Shown in pieces: positions 60,635 through 64,000 of a stretch of DNA of 64,000 bases (positions are counted from its first letter, which is position 1; every line of letters begins with the position of its first letter). Source of the stretch: Minisyncoccota bacterium (GTDB lineage Bacteria; Patescibacteriota; Minisyncoccia; Phycocordibacterales; UBA2100); contig DASSSZ010000006.1 of NCBI GenBank assembly GCA_035708165.1, positions 179 through 64,178 on the forward strand, in the 5' to 3' direction. A program made the position numbers and the translations under genes. The notes below the pieces were generated by a model that saw only the letters and a list, made by a program, of their open reading frames with translations, was not told the DNA's origin and did no database searches.

Positions 60635-61273
60635 TTGATCATGACTGGCAAGAAAGGATCGTTCGTCGTCTTCGACGGCGGCGAAGGATCGGGAAAATCA
60701 TCGACGCTGCGGCGCCTCAAGGACGAGCTCGGCGAGAGGATCATGGTCTCGCGCGAGCCTGGCGGCTGCCCGCGGGCGGAGAAGATCAGGACGTTCCTGC
60801 TCTCGGCGGAAGGGGGCGCGCTCCCGCCGGAAGAGCAGTTCGGCATGTTCTGGAGGGCGCGCCGCTACCATCTCGAGGATGTCATCATCCCGGCGATCGA
60901 ATCCGGCGTGACGCTCATCTGCGACCGGTTCGATACCTCGACATGGAGCTATCAGGTGCGTGCCGCGAACCGGCCGGACCTCATCCCCGCGTTCTGGCAG
61001 CAGCGCGCGCTCGCGCTCGATGGGATCGAGCCGTTCTACCTTATCTTCGACGTGTCGCCCGACGTGGGGCTTGCGCGGGCAGGGAAGCGCGGCGATACCA
61101 ACCGTTTCGAGGAGCTGACGGTCGCGTATCATAGGGCGGTCCGGAACGCGATGCTCGAGTTCATCGAGCTGCCTTCGATCGACGGCGTCCTCATCAATGC
61201 TGACCGTCCGGCGGATGACGTCTACCGGCAGGTGCATTCCATCGTCAGTCCGCTCCTGCTCGAGCAGACGTGA
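60635..61273 (+). CDS. tmk: Thymidylate kinase
   Basis: P-loop FVVFDGGEGSGKSS, DRF/DRY motif (..LICDRFDTSTWSYQ..), LID region. Confidence 0.85.
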   Translation: MIMTGKKGSFVVFDGGEGSGKSSTLRRLKDELGERIMVSREPGGCPRAEKIRTFLLSAEGGALPPEEQFGMFWRARRYHLEDVIIPAIESGVTLICDRFDTSTWSYQVRAANRPDLIPAFWQQRALALDGIEPFYLIFDVSPDVGLARAGKRGDTNRFEELTVAYHRAVRNAMLEFIELPSIDGVLINADRPADDVYRQVHSIVSPLLLEQT

Positions 61274-61330
61274 TGCGCATTGCCGCAGGCCCATGGGCCT
61301 GCGGCATTCCTTTTTGCTACAATCGATCGC

Positions 61331-61753
61331 ATGGAGCTCTCCGTGAAGAAGCTCGTGCCGGATGCGAAGCTGCCGCACTACGCGCATGCGGATGATGCAG
61401 GGATGGATATCCACGCGTGCGAGGACGTGACGATCGCGCCCGGCGCGCGCGCGACGATCCGCACCGGGATCGCGGTCGCGATCCCGGACGGCCATGTCGG
61501 CCTCTATTGGGACAAGAGCGGGCTCGCGAATAATCACGGGCTCACGATCATCGCCGGCTGCATCGATGCGGGGTATCGCGGCGAGCTCATGGTCACCGTC
61601 CTCAATACGGGCAGCGAGGCGTACGCGTTCGCGAAGGGCGAGAAGGTCACGCAGCTGCTCATCGTCCCGGTCATGCACCCGGCGATCATCGAGGCCGAGT
61701 CGCTGCCGGCGAGCGAGCGCGGCGAAGGCCGCTTCGGCAGCACGGGGAAGTAG
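61331..61753 (+). CDS. dut: dUTP diphosphatase (trimeric dUTPase)
   Basis: ATG at 61331 (MELSVKKLVPDAKLPHYAHADDAGMDI..). Motifs ..DAGYRGEL.. and C-terminal ..ERGEGRFGSTG (motif V). Confidence 0.9.
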   Translation: MELSVKKLVPDAKLPHYAHADDAGMDIHACEDVTIAPGARATIRTGIAVAIPDGHVGLYWDKSGLANNHGLTIIAGCIDAGYRGELMVTVLNTGSEAYAFAKGEKVTQLLIVPVMHPAIIEAESLPASERGEGRFGSTGK

Positions 61754-61785
61754 CGCGCAGGCGCCCTGCAGGTATACTGCGCGGC

Positions 61786-63051
61786 ATGGACTACGAGCGC
61801 ATCAAGGCCGAGGACCCGGACGCGTATGCGGCCATCAAGGGCGAGGCGGAACGCGAAGCCGATGGCCTCGAGCTCATCCCGTCGGAGAATTACGTCTCGC
61901 GCGCGGTGCGCGAAGCGCAGGGTTCGGTCTTCACCAACAAGTATTCGGAAGGCTATCCGGGCAGGCGCTACTACGGCGGCCAGGAGTTCACGGATGCGAT
62001 CGAGACCTTGGCGATCGAGCGCGCGAAGGCGCTCTTCGGCGCAGCGTTCGCGAACGTGCAGCCGCACTCCGGCAGCAATGCGAACCTTGCCGCGTACCTC
62101 GCGCTCCTCGCTCCGGGCGATACCGTGCTCGGCATGGATCTCAGCCATGGCGGCCACCTCACGCACGGGGCGCCGGTCACTGCTGCCGCGTCGTTCTACC
62201 GGTTCGTGCGCTACCGCATGCAGGATCCGGACACGGGCGCGATCGACTACGATGCGCTGCGGCAGCTCGCGCTCGCCGAGCGTCCGAAGATCCTGCTCGC
62301 CGGCTTCTCGGCGTATCCGCGCGCGCTCGACTATGAGCGGCTCGCGACGATCGCGCATGAGGCAGGGGCGCTCGCAGTGATGGATGCCGCGCACATCGCA
62401 GGGCTCATCGCCGGCCATGCGCTGCCGAACCCTCTCGATGCCGGTTTCGACGTGATGACCGCGACGACGCACAAGACGCTGCGCGGCCCGCGCGGCGGAT
62501 TGATCCTCACGCGCGATGACGCGCAGATCGCGAAGAGGATCGACAAAGCTCTCTTCCCCGGCCTCCAGGGCGGCCCGCTCATGCATGCGATCGCGGGCAA
62601 GGCGGTCGCGTTCCGCGAGGCGGCAGAGCCTTCCTTCCGCGCGTATGCGGCGCAGGTGCTCGCGAATGCGAAAGCGATGGAGCGCGTGTTCCGCGCGCGC
62701 GGCGTGCGCCTGATCGGCGGCGGGACCGACAATCATCTCCTGCTTGCCGATGTGATGGGCAGCCTCGGCGTGAGCGGCAAGGAAGCCGAAGCGCTGCTCG
62801 ACGCGGCGGGCCTCACGGTCAACAAGAACGTCATCGCCGACGATCCGCGGCCGCCGCTGGATCCGTCGGGCATCCGCTTCGGCACGCCGGCGATCTCCAC
62901 GCGCGGCTTCGACGAGGAGGGGAGCGCGCGCGTCGCCGAGCTCATGCTCGACGCGCTCGCGGCGAAGGACGACCCTGCCGCGCAGGCGGCGGTCCGCGAC
63001 GAGGTGCGCGCGCTCGCGAACGCGCATCCGATCCCGGACTCGTTCTTCTAG
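61786..63051 (+). CDS. glyA: Serine hydroxymethyltransferase
   Basis: ..LELIPSENYVSRAV.., PLP-lysine region ..VMTATTHKTLRGPRGG... Confidence 0.95.
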   Translation: MDYERIKAEDPDAYAAIKGEAEREADGLELIPSENYVSRAVREAQGSVFTNKYSEGYPGRRYYGGQEFTDAIETLAIERAKALFGAAFANVQPHSGSNANLAAYLALLAPGDTVLGMDLSHGGHLTHGAPVTAAASFYRFVRYRMQDPDTGAIDYDALRQLALAERPKILLAGFSAYPRALDYERLATIAHEAGALAVMDAAHIAGLIAGHALPNPLDAGFDVMTATTHKTLRGPRGGLILTRDDAQIAKRIDKALFPGLQGGPLMHAIAGKAVAFREAAEPSFRAYAAQVLANAKAMERVFRARGVRLIGGGTDNHLLLADVMGSLGVSGKEAEALLDAAGLTVNKNVIADDPRPPLDPSGIRFGTPAISTRGFDEEGSARVAELMLDALAAKDDPAAQAAVRDEVRALANAHPIPDSFF

Positions 63052-63083
63052 CAGCGCTCGGGTTCGTAGTGCATACTGCAGCC

Positions 63084-64000
63084 ATGATCGATACGATTCG
63101 GCAGCGCGTGCTCGGCGCGCTCGGCGAGAAGGGGCTCCCGGCGGACGGCGTCACGGTCGAGTTCATCGAGGGTGCCGCGCACGGCGATATCACGACCAAC
63201 GCGGCGATGGTCGCGGCCAAGGCGGCGGGCATGCCGCCGCATGAGCTCGCCCGCGTGCTCATGAGCATGCTCATGAGCATCGAGGGCATCGAGCGCATCG
63301 AGGCCGCCGGTCCCGGCTTCATCAATTTCACGCTGACGGATGCTGCGCTCGGGGATGCTGTCGCCGCGATCGGGGAGCGGTACGGCACCAGCGGCTCGCA
63401 GGCAGGGACGCGCGTGATGATCGAGTACACCGACCCGAACCCGTTCAAGGAATTCCATATCGGCCACCTCATGAGCAATGCGATCGGCGAGTCGATCGCC
63501 CGCCTGACGGAAGCCGCCGGCGCGAGCGTCTTCCGCGCGAACTACGAAGGCGATGTCGGCCCGCATGTCGCGCGCGCCCTCTGGGGCAAGCTGCAGGAGC
63601 CGGAGCTCGCATGGGGCGAAGCGTACGCGCTGGGCGCCAGGGAGTACGAGGCGCACAAGGAGGAGATCGATGTGATCAATCGGAAGGTCTACGACCAATC
63701 CGACCCCGCGATCGACGCGCTGTACCGGCAGGGGAGGGAGGAGTCGCTCGCGCACTTCGAGGCGCTCTACGCGCTTCTCGGCACGCGGTTCGATCACTAC
63801 TTCTTCGAGAGCGAGACCGCGCCGATCGGCGTCGCGCTCGTGGAAGGGCATCCTGAGGTCTTCGAGGAGAGCGATGGCGCGACCGTTTACAGGGGCGAGC
63901 AGGACGGGCTCCACACCCGCGTCTTCATCACGCGCGACGGCTTGCCGACCTACGAAGCGAAGGACCTCGGCCTCATCAGGCTCAAGGCGGATACGTGGCC
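63084..64000 (+). CDS. argS: Arginyl-tRNA synthetase, N-terminal part (3'-truncated by window end)
   Basis: Open frame from the ATG at 63084 to the window edge, so it is not in the ORF track. N-terminal add-1 domain, then a class-I HIGH-type motif ..YTDPNPFKEFHIGHLMSNAIGESIARL.. in the ArgS pattern. Confidence 0.65.
   Translation, partial: MIDTIRQRVLGALGEKGLPADGVTVEFIEGAAHGDITTNAAMVAAKAAGMPPHELARVLMSMLMSIEGIERIEAAGPGFINFTLTDAALGDAVAAIGERYGTSGSQAGTRVMIEYTDPNPFKEFHIGHLMSNAIGESIARLTEAAGASVFRANYEGDVGPHVARALWGKLQEPELAWGEAYALGAREYEAHKEEIDVINRKVYDQSDPAIDALYRQGREESLAHFEALYALLGTRFDHYFFESETAPIGVALVEGHPEVFEESDGATVYRGEQDGLHTRVFITRDGLPTYEAKDLGLIRLKADTW

Noticed and set aside
1-64000. Search for rRNA genes, CRISPR arrays, integrases/transposases and prophage structural genes
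   Set aside because: None seen. No 16S/23S-like conserved stretches, no regularly spaced direct repeats, no tyrosine/serine recombinase or DDE transposase motifs in any frame inspected.

Overview
This 64 kb window is a high-GC bacterial chromosome segment (roughly 65% GC, estimated by eye) that spans the replication origin. The origin neighbourhood is classic: rpmH-rnpA-yidC-jag on the minus strand and dnaA-dnaN on the plus strand, with DnaA-box clusters on both sides of dnaA and an AT-rich stretch just upstream of dnaN. The rest is densely packed housekeeping. It includes a class-A PBP, ruvC and yebC, then ruvB and ruvA at separate sites, pilB, tsaE, polA and a holA-like gene. A MurE-like Mur ligase, rpsT, an efflux (MFP + MacB-type ABC) module with a two-component system, ruvX and pilMNO follow. 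The window ends with uppS, rluA, rplS, secE-nusG-rplK, a thymidylate block (ThyX-like, dcd, two Nudix, tmk, dut, glyA) and the 5' end of argS. I found seven tRNAs: Lys-UUU, Arg-GCG, Ser-UGA (minus strand), Arg-UCU, Val-UAC, Leu-GAG and His-GUG with an encoded G-1. There is no rRNA, CRISPR array, integrase or transposase. The accessory content worth attention is: (1) an AT-richer roughly 5 kb island inserted between yebC-ruvC and ruvB, carrying a small conserved protein, an MmeI-like single-chain Type IIL restriction-modification enzyme, and an HTH-Panacea antitoxin with a HigB/Gp49-like toxin and palindromic operators; (2) two paralogous secreted low-complexity proteins that share a C-terminal tandem-domain module, the larger one (about 1425 aa) with a lytic-transglycosylase-like domain, lying among type IV pilus genes; (3) a tandem-duplicated ThyX-like protein heading the dNTP/thymidylate cluster, with a wHTH-Nudix fusion and a catalytically degenerate Nudix; (4) a DUF488 / Mug-glycosylase / DUF488 overlapping trio; (5) perfect GCATGC-centred palindromes and a recurring terminator hairpin motif. 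Because of the high GC, the six-frame track contains many long antisense ORFs and N-terminal over-extensions, which I trimmed or rejected. The short proteins, a shortened YebC, a MurE lacking its N-domain and pilMNO without a visible secretin are reminiscent of a reduced-genome, possibly Patescibacteria-like lineage, but taxonomy cannot be settled from the sequence alone.
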